The notes: a model not told the origin generated them from the letters alone. A DNA stretch of 64,000 nucleotides from Nitrospirota bacterium (GCA_963701855.1 CAVPBK010000009.1:320001-384000), one strand, 5' to 3'; shown: positions 30,740 to 41,179, counted from the first letter of the stretch. Numbers and translations: made by a program.

Positions 30740-31831
30740 TTACACAGTCCGTGGTACGAGATGCACCGCGCCGGCTTTGATCGCCGCCCCAACGACTAAG
30801 CCTGTTTTAAGACCAAGTTCTTCTCTAGCCCCTCTCGTAATCACCGCCCGCAGAGGAAAACCGCAATCAACCGTGACCGTCACTAACACACCCTGCGGCA
30901 GCATCTCGGTCACACGACCGGACAGATGATTACGCGCGCTGGTGACACCGCTCCCTGCCTGCTCGAGCAAGACATCTTCTGCGCGAATGCAAACGTAGAC
31001 GGCTGAACCGCTCACGTCCGCGCCTAAGCCCTTCAGCGCCGTCCCGTTCACCAACACGGTCGCCAACCCGTTGTCGTTCGCGACCACTTGCCCCTGCACG
31101 ACGGTCTCAATACCCACGATCTGCGCCACCTCCGCATTGGCCGGCCTAGAGAACACTTCTTGCGGCGAACCAGTTTGAAGGATCGTTCCTCCCTGCATCA
31201 CCGCAATGACATCCCCTAACGTCAAGGCCTCAGCCCAATCGTGCGTGACGACGACAGAAGGAATTTTCAACTGTGTCAACAGGGCTCGCAGTTCTCCACT
31301 CAAGCGACTGCGTGTCGGAACATCCAAAGCAGACAGGGGTTCATCGAGTAATAAGAGCTGCGGTCGCCTGGCAATCGCACGCGCAAGCGCCACACGTTGC
31401 TGTTGCCCACCCGACAACTGCGCCGTTTTGGCCTGTTCGAGCCCTTGAAGTTGCAGCAAGGCGATCAGCTCACGGACACGCTCCCGTCGTGCCACAGCCG
31501 GCAGATCGCTCAATCCATATTCAATATTGCCGGCCACCGTATGCGTGGGAAAGAGCGCATAATCCTGCGACATGTAGCCGACCCGTCGCGCTTGCGGCGA
31601 GAGCCGAATGTTGGACGCCGCATCGACCCAGGTTGTCGAACCGAATTGAATCCGTCCCTCTTCCGGCCATTCCAGCCCGGCAAGACAACGCAGCAGGGTC
31701 GTTTTCCCAGATCCTGATGGCCCGAAGAGAATCAACACGCTCGGAAGGTCGATCGGCAACGTGAGCCGTGCCGCAGCAGTAAACCGACCGAGAAAAGTCT
31801 TGCGGCAATCAACCGTCAACGCTGCGGCCAT
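30740..31831 (-). CDS. modC: Molybdate ABC transporter ATPase with TOBE domains
   Basis: GPSGSGKT, LSGGQQQR, LLLDEP, SARNHL. Confidence 0.9.
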   Translation of the reverse strand: MAAALTVDCRKTFLGRFTAAARLTLPIDLPSVLILFGPSGSGKTTLLRCLAGLEWPEEGRIQFGSTTWVDAASNIRLSPQARRVGYMSQDYALFPTHTVAGNIEYGLSDLPAVARRERVRELIALLQLQGLEQAKTAQLSGGQQQRVALARAIARRPQLLLLDEPLSALDVPTRSRLSGELRALLTQLKIPSVVVTHDWAEALTLGDVIAVMQGGTILQTGSPQEVFSRPANAEVAQIVGIETVVQGQVVANDNGLATVLVNGTALKGLGADVSGSAVYVCIRAEDVLLEQAGSGVTSARNHLSGRVTEMLPQGVLVTVTVDCGFPLRAVITRGAREELGLKTGLVVGAAIKAGAVHLVPRTV

Positions 31832-32490
31832 ACCGCCCACACCTTTCGATTCATCGCGTAGACCAGCAGCAGCACGCCATAGGAGACCGCCAGTAATAAC
31901 AGCGCCGTCTTGGCGGCCCCGGCATAGTTGAGCGCTTGCACTTCATCATAAATATCTATCGAGACCGTCCTCGTCTCCCCTTCAATGTTGCCGCCGACCA
32001 TGAGCACCACGCCAAACTCCCCGAGTGTATGGGCAAAGCTCAGCACTGCACCGGTCACGAGTCCCGCCGCCGACAGCGGAGCAATCAGACGGAAAAAGGT
32101 CTTGAGCTTCGACACTCCAAGCGTCCAGGAGGCTTCGATCAACCGGCGATCGACTTGTTCAAAGGCTGCGGTAAATGGTTGCACGGCAAACGGAAGGCTG
32201 TAGAGAATCGACGCGAGGAGTAGACCTTCGAAGGTAAACGGAAGCGGATGCCCGACCACGTCGGTGTAGAATCGACCGACCGGGCTGTGGGGACCGATCG
32301 CGACTAGAATATAAAACCCCAGCACCGTCGGAGGCAACACGAGCGGGAGCGCGACCACTGACTCGACGATAAACTTCCAGCGCCACTTTGAAAAAGTGAG
32401 CCAGTAGGCGATAGGCAGCCCGACGACCAGCAAGACACCGGCCGTCAGGCAAGCCAGTTTGAACGTGACCCAGATCGCCACCCAATTCAC
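31816..32490 (-). CDS. modB: Molybdate ABC transporter permease
   Basis: LPLVLPPTVLGFY, FAHTLGEFGVVLMVGGNI. Confidence 0.95.
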   Translation of the reverse strand: MNWVAIWVTFKLACLTAGVLLVVGLPIAYWLTFSKWRWKFIVESVVALPLVLPPTVLGFYILVAIGPHSPVGRFYTDVVGHPLPFTFEGLLLASILYSLPFAVQPFTAAFEQVDRRLIEASWTLGVSKLKTFFRLIAPLSAAGLVTGAVLSFAHTLGEFGVVLMVGGNIEGETRTVSIDIYDEVQALNYAGAAKTALLLLAVSYGVLLLVYAMNRKVWAVWPQR

Positions 32491-32567
32491 AGTTCCGCCT
32501 TTGTCACGGTCTGTCCTACCGAAACCGGCGCAATGGTAGGAAGCCGCGATCTGGAAGTCAACGCACG

Positions 32568-32771
32568 CTACTTGCCGATCATGACTTCCGTGGCCTTCAC
32601 GGCAACCAGCACAGAGTCATTGACCTTCAATCCCATGCTCTTGACCGACCCTTCCGTAATCGCCGCCACAAATTCAAGCGTGCCAACCTTCACCGTCACC
32701 TCCGCCATGGCCTGTCCCTCAGTGATTTTGGTGACTGTGCCTTGGAACTGATTCCGCGCGCTAAGTTTCAT
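32568..32771 (-). CDS. mop: Molybdenum-pterin-binding (Mop/TOBE) protein
   Basis: MKLSARNQFQG...AAIT..SV..MGL...KATEV. Confidence 0.93.
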   Translation of the reverse strand: MKLSARNQFQGTVTKITEGQAMAEVTVKVGTLEFVAAITEGSVKSMGLKVNDSVLVAVKATEVMIGK

Positions 32772-32838
32772 GGTGCCCTCCTTAATAAAATGGCTGAATG
32801 ATTCCAACCATCGGTTTCGAACAGCTTCCATTCAATCT

Positions 32839-33423
32839 CTACTTGGATTGATCGAAGCCGATCATGAATCCTTCCGGACCGGCGACCTCCAGCCGTATCA
32901 CCCGACGATCTCCTCGCATCACGTCCGGCTTCAACCGAAAACGCACAATCTTTGCACGATCCTCTTCGCTCGATTGATAGACGGACGATGCCCGATATGC
33001 CTGTTCTAGTTCGCCCTGTAACGCGGCGACGTCCGAAACCATAAAATTGATTTGCACCCAGCCGGTCGGACGCGGCGTTCGCAAATCCTGCCGAACCACG
33101 ATTAAGACGCCTCGGTAACAATAGCCACGGAGACTGTCCACTTGGGGATGATCCAGGCTCTGGACAACCGGCGCGTGCAAAAAGGCTTCAAAGAATTGCT
33201 CGTGACGCTTGATATCGGACGTTTCAACCTGCACGCTTTCAAGTCCCTCATGTGAACGCGGGCCCTGAATCGCCGCTGTGCACGGTCGGTCTTGAGAAGC
33301 CGCGGCCTGAGGATGCTGAGTCTGCGGCACGTCTTGAGCCGACGCAGCCGTTACCCCAATCAGGAGCGCGCTCGCACTCATTAGATATGCAAGTCTGTGC
33401 ACACTTCTTCCTGCTACTTGCAT
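32839..33423 (-). CDS. Exported protein with a possible VOC/glyoxalase fold
   Basis: Signal peptide; VETSDIKRHEQFF, INFMVSDV and GPEGFMIGF resemble VOC elements. Confidence 0.6.
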   Translation of the reverse strand: MQVAGRSVHRLAYLMSASALLIGVTAASAQDVPQTQHPQAAASQDRPCTAAIQGPRSHEGLESVQVETSDIKRHEQFFEAFLHAPVVQSLDHPQVDSLRGYCYRGVLIVVRQDLRTPRPTGWVQINFMVSDVAALQGELEQAYRASSVYQSSEEDRAKIVRFRLKPDVMRGDRRVIRLEVAGPEGFMIGFDQSK

Positions 33424-33743
33424 CGGAACTCGATTCCCCAGCGTCGTCCGCTGACTTCCCCTTCCGCTCCTCCCACGGTGGATATACTACTGTATCCCTC
33501 CACTTCCCCGTCTCTGAGAACTATGTAGCCAGAGGGACACTTTCTCTCTATGAGCTTCAACGCGTCCCTGCGATGTGGTGATCCCATTGGGCCGCCCCGG
33601 TCTTCCTTGAACAGGTAGGTCACTACGCCTGACTGCTCCGTTTCGTGGGTCAGCAGGACCGCTTGGGAACAGCCAACGCTGATGGCGAACGCGGCCAAGC
33701 CTATCACCTTCGTCCATTGCTTAACTAGGCAGCGTGAATCCAT
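33414..33743 (-). CDS. Small lipoprotein
   Basis: Lipobox SVGC; KCPSGY and WGIEFRCK; start uncertain. Confidence 0.7.
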   Translation of the reverse strand: MDSRCLVKQWTKVIGLAAFAISVGCSQAVLLTHETEQSGVVTYLFKEDRGGPMGSPHRRDALKLIERKCPSGYIVLRDGEVEGYSSISTVGGAEGEVSGRRWGIEFRCK

Positions 33744-34527
33744 AGCGCTTCATGATCTCCTGTCCTTGGGGGCCTTTGATGAATTCAAGAAACTGTCTCG
33801 CGGCTTCTGGATTTTTGGACTGCTTCAAGATCACAACTCCCTGTTCCAGAGGCAAGTGTGCAATCGCCGGAATCTCCCAGTACTGCCCGGCGGCCTTCAT
33901 CGCTGGTGCTGTCGCCAAGGACAACGCAACGATTCCAATGTCGCAGGCGCCGGATTCAATGAATTGCGCCGTTTGCGAAATATTCTCCCCCAAAATGAGC
34001 TTGTCTTTGACCTGGTCATAGACCTTGAAGTATTCCATCGAGGCCACTGCCGCCCTGCCATAGGGAGCATGTTTGGGATTGGCGATGGCGATCTTCTTGA
34101 TCGTCGGTTCACGCAAAATCTCCAGCCCCTTGGAGAGATCGAGGTGCGAATCATTGCCGGTCCACAAAACAATCCGCCCGACGGCATAGGGATAGAGCGA
34201 TCCAGGCACGACTAGGCCGGCCTCTTCCAGTTTCTTGGGGTAGCCAATGTCGGCTGAAAAGTAGAGGTCAAACGGCGCGCCATTTTGAATTTGCGAGAAG
34301 AAATTGCCCGAGGATCCCAACGTGAGTTTCACATGCTCTCCGGTTTGCTGTTCGAACGTTGGGATCAACTCCTTGAATGCAAAGCTGAGATCGGAGGCAG
34401 CGGCTACCGTCAACTCTCCCGCCTGCCCTGACGGGGCCATGGAAAAGCCCATGATCATGAACAGGGCACACAGTACAGGCACTATGAGTACCCTCATTCT
34501 CCACATGTAACCCTCGTTGACTCCCAT
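33721..34527 (-). CDS. modA: Molybdate ABC transporter substrate-binding protein (canonical)
   Basis: AAASDL, GSSG, GAPFDLYFSA, ANPKHAPYG, GENISQ. Confidence 0.95.
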   Translation of the reverse strand: MGVNEGYMWRMRVLIVPVLCALFMIMGFSMAPSGQAGELTVAAASDLSFAFKELIPTFEQQTGEHVKLTLGSSGNFFSQIQNGAPFDLYFSADIGYPKKLEEAGLVVPGSLYPYAVGRIVLWTGNDSHLDLSKGLEILREPTIKKIAIANPKHAPYGRAAVASMEYFKVYDQVKDKLILGENISQTAQFIESGACDIGIVALSLATAPAMKAAGQYWEIPAIAHLPLEQGVVILKQSKNPEAARQFLEFIKGPQGQEIMKRYGFTLPS

Positions 34528-34687
34528 CTCAGTACCTCCTCGTTTCCACCGCCATTATCGGTCTTCATTTATCAAACACTCAATGGCCCTCCAACCCCAA
34601 CGCTGCGAACCGGTCGCTTGGGCCGCAATTCCATGACATCCGGGCTTGAGAAACAAAGACGAACCAACTCAGGGTCAATTACGATAT

Positions 34688-35047
34688 TCACTGTCTCCCA
34701 CGCTCATGGAAGACGATCCGATCGATCCAGCGATTCCACCGCTGTTTGCTCCGACGAAATATCCCAGCTTCTAAACAAACTGCCTCAGCAGCAATCGTGG
34801 CCACCACTCGTTGTTCAAGGAGAACACACCGCTCATCATCGATCGACCACTTCACACGCAAATCCATTCGCTCCAAGATTTTGATTCGGACACCGGCTCG
34901 GACAAGCCACATATGCTGAGATTGAATGACCCCCATTATCCGATTGATCCCGGTGCCTTCCGCACATGCATAGGCCATTTCGATCATGTGGTCTCTTTTC
35001 ACATTGCTACAGAAGTCTGGAACCCACCGCATTCCACCTTCCATCAT
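34688..35047 (-). CDS. Hypothetical protein
   Basis: ORF co-oriented within the operon; no recognisable motif. Confidence 0.35.
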   Translation of the reverse strand: MMEGGMRWVPDFCSNVKRDHMIEMAYACAEGTGINRIMGVIQSQHMWLVRAGVRIKILERMDLRVKWSIDDERCVLLEQRVVATIAAEAVCLEAGIFRRSKQRWNRWIDRIVFHERGRQ

Positions 35048-35064
35048 GGGTCAGCCCCATTGCG

Positions 35065-36885
35065 TTAGAAGAAGATTTGATACTGGACACGGATCATATT
35101 TTCAATCAGCGTCCCTGCATTGACATCTAATGGAACCTTACCGGATGGGAAGTTGGTACCGACAGCCGGCAACGGAGCGCTTCGGCCGATCGCGAACCCG
35201 CCTTGCCCCATGGCTATATTGCTATAGGTAAGCATGATCTGGTGGTCATAGGTTCCGCTCAGAAACCAGTTGAGAGACACGTCCACTTCCTTGATCAGAT
35301 CACTGGCTGAATGGGTATCAGGATCCCAGTAGGCGTACCGTGCCGCCACCTCCAATTGTCTCGGAATCAAATAGTAGCCTGATTGCACCGACCAGCCAGT
35401 TGAATTACCAAACTGCCCTGGAGCAAATGCGGTACAAGGCCCCCCTTGTACCGCCGTCTGTAAACATGGAAGCCCCTTCTCATGCCGGGTTATATTCCTG
35501 AACCAATATTCGGCTTGCAGGGAAAAGCCCCGATATTTGAAGACATAATCCAATGTTTCGGTGGAAAAGTCGACGACTCCCTGCCCAAGAATTCTCCCAT
35601 TTCCAGTTAGGGCCAGCGATCGCCTGAGATTTAGATTTGCCAGATCGATGCCGACAAAACTGTTATCCGTGCTGGTGTTAAGCCCGGGATTATAGGCATA
35701 GCCTCCCCCGATCACCATTTGAGGAGCCTCCGAGTAGGCAATATCACCTTCGCCATAGCCCGCCCGGCCCAAGATATTCCACTGCAACCGCGCCGTATAC
35801 ATGAGCTGGTTGATGCTGGTACGGACATTGGCGTTGAGATTCCGGTTATTCGCCGGGCAGCCTGCCGGAGAGGGAAACGGATTTCCTGAGGTTTGACCTC
35901 CCGGGCACCCCACCGTGGGCTCTTCGCTGCCGAATTGAGCAAACCGGTTCACGAGAGGACCTTCGCCATTGAAGACGCCGAAATAATAATTAACCGGGTA
36001 CACCTCTTCATCATTCATGATCGTGATGCCGACGTCTCGGCGGTTCAGCCCGTTGGCCGTAAACGCATCCATCGCAAGGGCGCGAGCGGCAAACTGCATC
36101 GCCGCCGTCGAATTAATCTGCGACCGATTGAAGTAAACCTTGTACTGGCCAAGTTGCACATTCAACCATGGGATATGAGTGCTCATCACGGTCGCATCAA
36201 GCATCGTCAAGGCGCCCGGAGCCTGCGCATTTTCTGCCGTCTCACCCGCGATTTGAAATAAGTATTTTAGTTCCGGGCTGAAGAGATGGCCCATGAAGTA
36301 GAGCCGCGCGGTCCTCAAATTGAACGTTGAGGCTTCATCGATAGTGCGATTGGCCCGGTAATCACCGAAGACGCCCAGCAGTTCCGGAAAATCTTTGGAG
36401 TCTCCTGTCGTACGCCAGGCATCATTTCTCGATCGCTGCGTATAGCGGGTTGCAAAGCGACCGCGGATTTTTAACAAGAAGGCGTTATCATTCATGGAAA
36501 AGTTGAAGCCACGATCATACCAGGCCTTAAAACTCGGCTGGAGCAAATAGGTTCGCTCCTGCGACGCTCTGACGACCGCATCGTATTCTTCCTGCGTGAT
36601 GGACCCCTGTTTGACAGCTCGCTCCAGGAGCAGTTTGGTCGCCGGATCCATACTCTCAACAAAGACATACTTCCCGTCCTTCTCCACCAATTTTCCCGCA
36701 TCAGCGGCGAGAGCCAGTTGTGGACCGAGCCATACCGCACAGGCCAAGCACAGAGCGAATCCAATATTCTTGTTCCACTGCGGGACAGCAATTGGAATGA
36801 CGGATAATATCCGAATGAACCTGAATGCCTTCCACCTGCCACGACCCTTCATAAATCCATCTCTACAAATATGCTCTGGAATCAA
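35065..36885 (-). CDS. OprO/OprP-like anion-selective porin (start uncertain)
   Basis: FNLRTARLYFMG, GQYKVYF, RRDVG, LEVAARY, C-terminal YQIFF. Confidence 0.8.
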   Translation of the reverse strand: MIPEHICRDGFMKGRGRWKAFRFIRILSVIPIAVPQWNKNIGFALCLACAVWLGPQLALAADAGKLVEKDGKYVFVESMDPATKLLLERAVKQGSITQEEYDAVVRASQERTYLLQPSFKAWYDRGFNFSMNDNAFLLKIRGRFATRYTQRSRNDAWRTTGDSKDFPELLGVFGDYRANRTIDEASTFNLRTARLYFMGHLFSPELKYLFQIAGETAENAQAPGALTMLDATVMSTHIPWLNVQLGQYKVYFNRSQINSTAAMQFAARALAMDAFTANGLNRRDVGITIMNDEEVYPVNYYFGVFNGEGPLVNRFAQFGSEEPTVGCPGGQTSGNPFPSPAGCPANNRNLNANVRTSINQLMYTARLQWNILGRAGYGEGDIAYSEAPQMVIGGGYAYNPGLNTSTDNSFVGIDLANLNLRRSLALTGNGRILGQGVVDFSTETLDYVFKYRGFSLQAEYWFRNITRHEKGLPCLQTAVQGGPCTAFAPGQFGNSTGWSVQSGYYLIPRQLEVAARYAYWDPDTHSASDLIKEVDVSLNWFLSGTYDHQIMLTYSNIAMGQGGFAIGRSAPLPAVGTNFPSGKVPLDVNAGTLIENMIRVQYQIFF

Positions 36886-37572
36886 AAATGAATGCCGGGA
36901 AGAGACGCTGATTCGAATGGCTGCTTAGGGCGACGGGGCTGTTTTGAGAAACTTTCAGATAGTCGACGCCTCGCCAGTCGGTCTTAGGGTCATCCAGATA
37001 AAATCGACCCGGCTCGAAATATAGGAGGTAGGTCTTCGCAGGGGTCCAGGGCGTTGGATAGTTGTAATCGTAGGGATCGGATGTTCTGACCGGCTGCTGA
37101 ACATGAAAGTAATCGATGGTCAGATGGAGTAGTTGATCGTGCACCGCCACCCACCCGCCTGTGACATCGCGTCGGAACCGCGGGTTCATACCGGGAGCGA
37201 AGAGTTCGAAATAGACTCGTGCCTCAGGCCCCACCTTCTGCAGCGCATCGGCAAGTTGCGGAGCCAGTACCTGTAATTCGTCTTCGCGGAAGATCTTCTT
37301 CGGGGGAGTTTCTTCGGCATACCACCGAAGCGGCAGGCGCTGTTGCTCGCGCAGCGAAAAGCCGCGGAGTATTGCCGCCACCTGTTCGGTGTAATCTGAA
37401 CAGGATGCGTATAGCTGGCCGGCGTGATTTCCCGTTGCAGCATGACGGACAGCCGTTGGTCCTCATGCACCACCGTCGTCGTATAGGGAATCCGGGCACA
37501 TCCCAGACCAATCAACACGAGAACGGCAGCCAACAGAGTTGCTGGCTTTCTCATAACGTTCATCTGGGGCAT
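36863..37572 (-). pseudogene. Lipoprotein (paralog of 43832-44554) with a 1-nt frameshift near 37388
   Basis: Lipobox GLGC...HPVQIT, shift, then VAAILRG...RVYF...TGGW; may be a sequencing error. Confidence 0.7.
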
Positions 37573-37614
37573 GGTGAACCTCCTTCTAGTTTTCCTTACT
37601 CCATCATACATATA

Positions 37615-38496
37615 CTAATGACTGGTATAATTGACATATTGGGTAAAAAAATATTCCGGCTCGTCACTTGCTTGCCCAGGCAGTCCATAGCCCAATCCCT
37701 TTAGGATACTTTGGGCTTCTGGAGATTGGGAAAACGTCAGAAACTCTTCACAGAGCGGGCGATTGGGGCAGAACCGTTCCATTGCCAGAGAATGGGTGAT
37801 TGGACGGACAGCCTGCGCCGGTGCGACGGCTACGACGCGAACTCTCTCCCGTTTATCATAGGCGTCCGGCCCGAAGATGATGCCGACGTCCGCTTGTCCG
37901 TTGAGCAGGCGATCCAAGACACCGCGCGCATCCATTGCCACATCTAACCGTCCTTTCAGTGCCCCTGTGATCCCCAAGGCCTTGAAGAGTTCGCTCGTCT
38001 GCTGCCCGACCACAGTCAGCCCAGGATCTGCGACAGCTACTCGTAGCCGAGCATCCTGGGCAAGCGCCTCAAACGATGACGGCGCATCGACGAGCGATTC
38101 AGGCACGACCAACACTAAGGAGACAGTGGCATACGGCCGGCGCGTCTGTGGGAGCACATAATACTTCTGTTCCAAGCGAGTGATCAGCTCATCGCCGCCC
38201 GGTGCAATGATGTGGATGGGGCCCGAGCCGATGAAGTATTGTCCCGAGGAATGATTCTCCATCGCTGCGACCGTGCGACGCAGATCAAAATCTGAGTCGA
38301 AATAGAGACGTACCTTCACATCCGGGTGGGTCGTCTCAAATGCGCGACCCAAGGCTTCCAGGGGAATGGCCAAGCTGGGTGACCCCGCGATCACCAGCAG
38401 CTCGCTCGCTGAGGCTGAACCGATTCTTCCGGCTATCAGAGCAACGACGATCAACACGGTCATTTTTACGAAATTTTGCATGGATGTCCTGAGCAC
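37615..38496 (-). CDS. Atypical ModA-like substrate-binding protein
   Basis: ModA-fold pattern (VAVADP, GQADVGII), but GSPSL/DSDF replace AAS/GSSG. Confidence 0.8.
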   Translation of the reverse strand: MLRTSMQNFVKMTVLIVVALIAGRIGSASASELLVIAGSPSLAIPLEALGRAFETTHPDVKVRLYFDSDFDLRRTVAAMENHSSGQYFIGSGPIHIIAPGGDELITRLEQKYYVLPQTRRPYATVSLVLVVPESLVDAPSSFEALAQDARLRVAVADPGLTVVGQQTSELFKALGITGALKGRLDVAMDARGVLDRLLNGQADVGIIFGPDAYDKRERVRVVAVAPAQAVRPITHSLAMERFCPNRPLCEEFLTFSQSPEAQSILKGLGYGLPGQASDEPEYFFTQYVNYTSH

Positions 38497-38520
38497 GAAC
38501 CTCTGTCACTCTCGGCTCAT

Positions 38521-39690
38521 CTACAATGTTTGCAGCTTGCCGGTGTCCCTCGTGTCGTAACCCCCGAGCGCCTTGATCTCTGCGCGAAACGAGCGGCTGA
38601 CGATAGTGTCAAACAGGTTGGCCAGCGTTGGATGGGACTTCAGATAGGCTTTGGGAACCACGAGGTCATATCGAGCGGCTTGAAGCGGCACAAAATCGAG
38701 GCCAAAGAGTTGTGCTGCAGACCGGATCCCAATCCCGACATCAGCTTGATGATTTGTGATGGTCCTAGCCACTTCGAAATGAGACGACACGGTTCTCTCG
38801 TACCCTCGTACTTGATTCGGATCGATCCTCGCCGCACGCAACCGCTGATCCAGCAACAGCCTGGCCCCAGCTCCCTCTTCTCGATTCACAAGTGTGATGT
38901 TAGGATCGGCTACATCGCTGACTGCACGGATAGACTTGGGATTACCTGCTCGAACGAGCAAGCCCTCTTCCCAGGTCGCAAACGTGACGACTTCATAGTT
39001 TGAACCTTTCAGCGCACGTCGGAGGAACGGCAGGTTTGATTCCCCGGTCGTCGGGTCAAAAAGATGCAGGCCTGCGACATGAACCTCGCCCTGCTGCAAA
39101 GCCCGAAGCGCCGCCGTGCTCCCCATTGTCCAGCCCACGATGGAGGTCTGATCCTTCCGCTGATGCAAATGCGCGCCGACGAGAAAGATCGCGGGATCAC
39201 AACCAGCGACAGAAATTTCCTGTTCAATCGCCTGACAATCGCGCGAGAGGTTTACTCGCACCATGGCACCCGATGCCTGACCATGGACATCCGTCGCGTA
39301 GCCATCGGCAGCCACCGTATACGAAAGCGCCTCACCCAATTCTGAGACGGGTCGCACGATCATACGGGTCCCTACCCTGGCCACCTTCACACGAATCGTC
39401 GAGATCTTCTCATCGCGCTGAGGGAAACCCCCGATCAGTTTCCCTTCAATGGCATCATGCGCCTCTGCAAGACTGAAGAGATCTTCCACGCGACAGCCCA
39501 ACACAGCAGCCATTCGAAGCGCCACTGCGGTGGTGGGTAAGTAGAGGTGAGATTCGATTGCCGAGACGGCCTGCCTGGTGATTCCGGATTTTCCGGCAAG
39601 TTCACCCTGTGAAAGACCTTGAGTGACTCGAATTCGTTTTAGATGATTCTGGAAATGGTCCGTAGATTCCGCTCGGTGAGCCTGTCCCAT
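38521..39690 (-). CDS. XRE-HTH plus PBP-like (molybdate-binding) transcriptional regulator
   Basis: LSQGELAGKSGITRQAVSAIE; AGCDPA, GSTAAL, HVAGLH, NREEGAGAR. Confidence 0.88.
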   Translation of the reverse strand: MGQAHRAESTDHFQNHLKRIRVTQGLSQGELAGKSGITRQAVSAIESHLYLPTTAVALRMAAVLGCRVEDLFSLAEAHDAIEGKLIGGFPQRDEKISTIRVKVARVGTRMIVRPVSELGEALSYTVAADGYATDVHGQASGAMVRVNLSRDCQAIEQEISVAGCDPAIFLVGAHLHQRKDQTSIVGWTMGSTAALRALQQGEVHVAGLHLFDPTTGESNLPFLRRALKGSNYEVVTFATWEEGLLVRAGNPKSIRAVSDVADPNITLVNREEGAGARLLLDQRLRAARIDPNQVRGYERTVSSHFEVARTITNHQADVGIGIRSAAQLFGLDFVPLQAARYDLVVPKAYLKSHPTLANLFDTIVSRSFRAEIKALGGYDTRDTGKLQTL

Positions 39691-39712
39691 AGTGATGCAA
39701 TGGATAGCATGT

Positions 39713-39734
39713 ATACTTGCTACTTTGCAAGTAT
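39713..39734. promoter_or_regulatory. Perfect 8-bp inverted repeat, putative operator
   Basis: ATACTTGC-N6-GCAAGTAT about 22 bp upstream of the regulator start. Confidence 0.5.
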
Positions 39735-39843
39735 GCGGTCAGTGATTATTTAAGTTCTCGTGCATTTCAGGATTGAGGTCACCGATTAAGATCTCTCTAT
39801 TTATGCAATTATAATAAGCGAAAGCAATGGATAAATTTTATTG

Positions 39844-39872
39844 TTGACAATATAGATTGACTTAGTTATAAT
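39844..39872 (+). promoter_or_regulatory. Consensus sigma70 promoter
   Basis: TTGACA(39844)-17 bp-TATAAT(39867). Confidence 0.85.
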
Positions 39873-39887
39873 ATTAAATCATTAATC

Positions 39888-40964
39888 ATGACCGGAATAA
39901 TAGGAATTAAAATAGTGCTTACACTTATCCAGCGGTTTCACTATCAAAAGCTCTTCTTGAGCTCGCTTGTCGTCGTCCTCCTCCTGACAGCGACCACGGT
40001 TCCCTCTCCGTCCTCAGCACTGGATTGGGTGCCGACTGAGGAGGAGATCAAGAAGTATCGCAAGAGCTGGAATCCCCTGTCCCACGGCCCTGTTCTCCTC
40101 CAGGCAGTCGATGTACAACCGAAAGGGCAGCTTTCAATTCGAGAATTCCTTTTCTCACAAATCGGAGAGAGCAGCTTCGGCAATCACCTCAGCTTTGCGA
40201 CTGACAGCAAAAACGGCCCAGTTCATCTCTACCAGGTGTCGCCCTCCGTCAATGCTTCCTACGGACTGACCAATCATGTCGAATTAGGTGTCGCACTTTC
40301 GATGAATTCGTTCTGGGCCACCCAAAACGGACAGAGCACGAGTTCGACCGGCGTAGGCGACACCTCGCTCATCATGAAGTACCGGCCGATCATCCAGGAC
40401 CCTGAAAGCTGGCGCCCTTCCCTTACCCATTACACGCAAGTTGTACTACCCACCAGCCGTTGGGCCGATGCAGAGAAACCACCTGGGGGGTTCACGCCCC
40501 TCGGACGACTTCCCAGTACGCGATTTGGCGAATATGGGCTGACGCAAGGGCTTATGACGCGAAAGAACCTCGAGCCCATTCGCATCAGCGCAGCCGTGTT
40601 TTATACCTACGCCGCACCCGGAGAGAACGGCGGACAGAACACCTACACCGGCGACATAGTCAACACGCGCCTGATCTATGAGCACATACTCAATGACAAG
40701 AACGGGTTCGGGTACAACATCGAAGTCAGCACCTTGCACGGGCTTACCTGGCGGGCGGACGGACACGACATCAACGCAGGACAGAGAAACGGCTTTACGA
40801 TTATCGGTGTGGAGCCTGCGCTTCAATGGAACTTTTCTCAAAACTGGTTGGTCGCCGTCGGCTGTCTGTTTACTGTTGCAGGCCAGAATGCCACCAATTC
40901 CACCTATCCAAATCTGTCTGTCTTTTGGATGTGGGACAAGAGTGGAAAGATTACCATGCGATAG
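39888..40964 (+). CDS. Exported / outer-membrane beta-barrel-like protein (SphA/MetA-pathway-like); start may be GTG 39916 region or later
   Basis: Signal-like segment, YGLTNHVELG, TGVGDTSLIMKY. Confidence 0.65.
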   Translation: MTGIIGIKIVLTLIQRFHYQKLFLSSLVVVLLLTATTVPSPSSALDWVPTEEEIKKYRKSWNPLSHGPVLLQAVDVQPKGQLSIREFLFSQIGESSFGNHLSFATDSKNGPVHLYQVSPSVNASYGLTNHVELGVALSMNSFWATQNGQSTSSTGVGDTSLIMKYRPIIQDPESWRPSLTHYTQVVLPTSRWADAEKPPGGFTPLGRLPSTRFGEYGLTQGLMTRKNLEPIRISAAVFYTYAAPGENGGQNTYTGDIVNTRLIYEHILNDKNGFGYNIEVSTLHGLTWRADGHDINAGQRNGFTIIGVEPALQWNFSQNWLVAVGCLFTVAGQNATNSTYPNLSVFWMWDKSGKITMR

Positions 40965-40996
40965 CCCGTCACACGAGAGCGAGCAGGACCGTCATC

Positions 40997-41179
40997 ATGG
41001 GAAGTACAGAGCAATCAGATCGGCAGGACCATCAAACAATCGAGCACGCGATTCGACTCGCACTCAGAGGCATCCGCTTTGGATCCGTTGAAATCATCGT
41101 TCACGATTCCAAAGTCGTGCAGATTGAGCGCAAGGAGAAGACACGTTTTGACGGCGAAGGTTCTCCGTCCACGCGCTGA
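40997..41179 (+). CDS. YezD/OscA (DUF2292) small protein
   Basis: IRFGSVEIIVHDSKVVQIERKEKTRF. Confidence 0.9.
   Translation: MGSTEQSDRQDHQTIEHAIRLALRGIRFGSVEIIVHDSKVVQIERKEKTRFDGEGSPSTR

Noticed and set aside
37606..37640. AT-rich imperfect palindrome as a ModE box
   Set aside because: TATACTA-N5-TGGTATA only weakly resembles the ModE consensus and overlaps a gene end; support is insufficient
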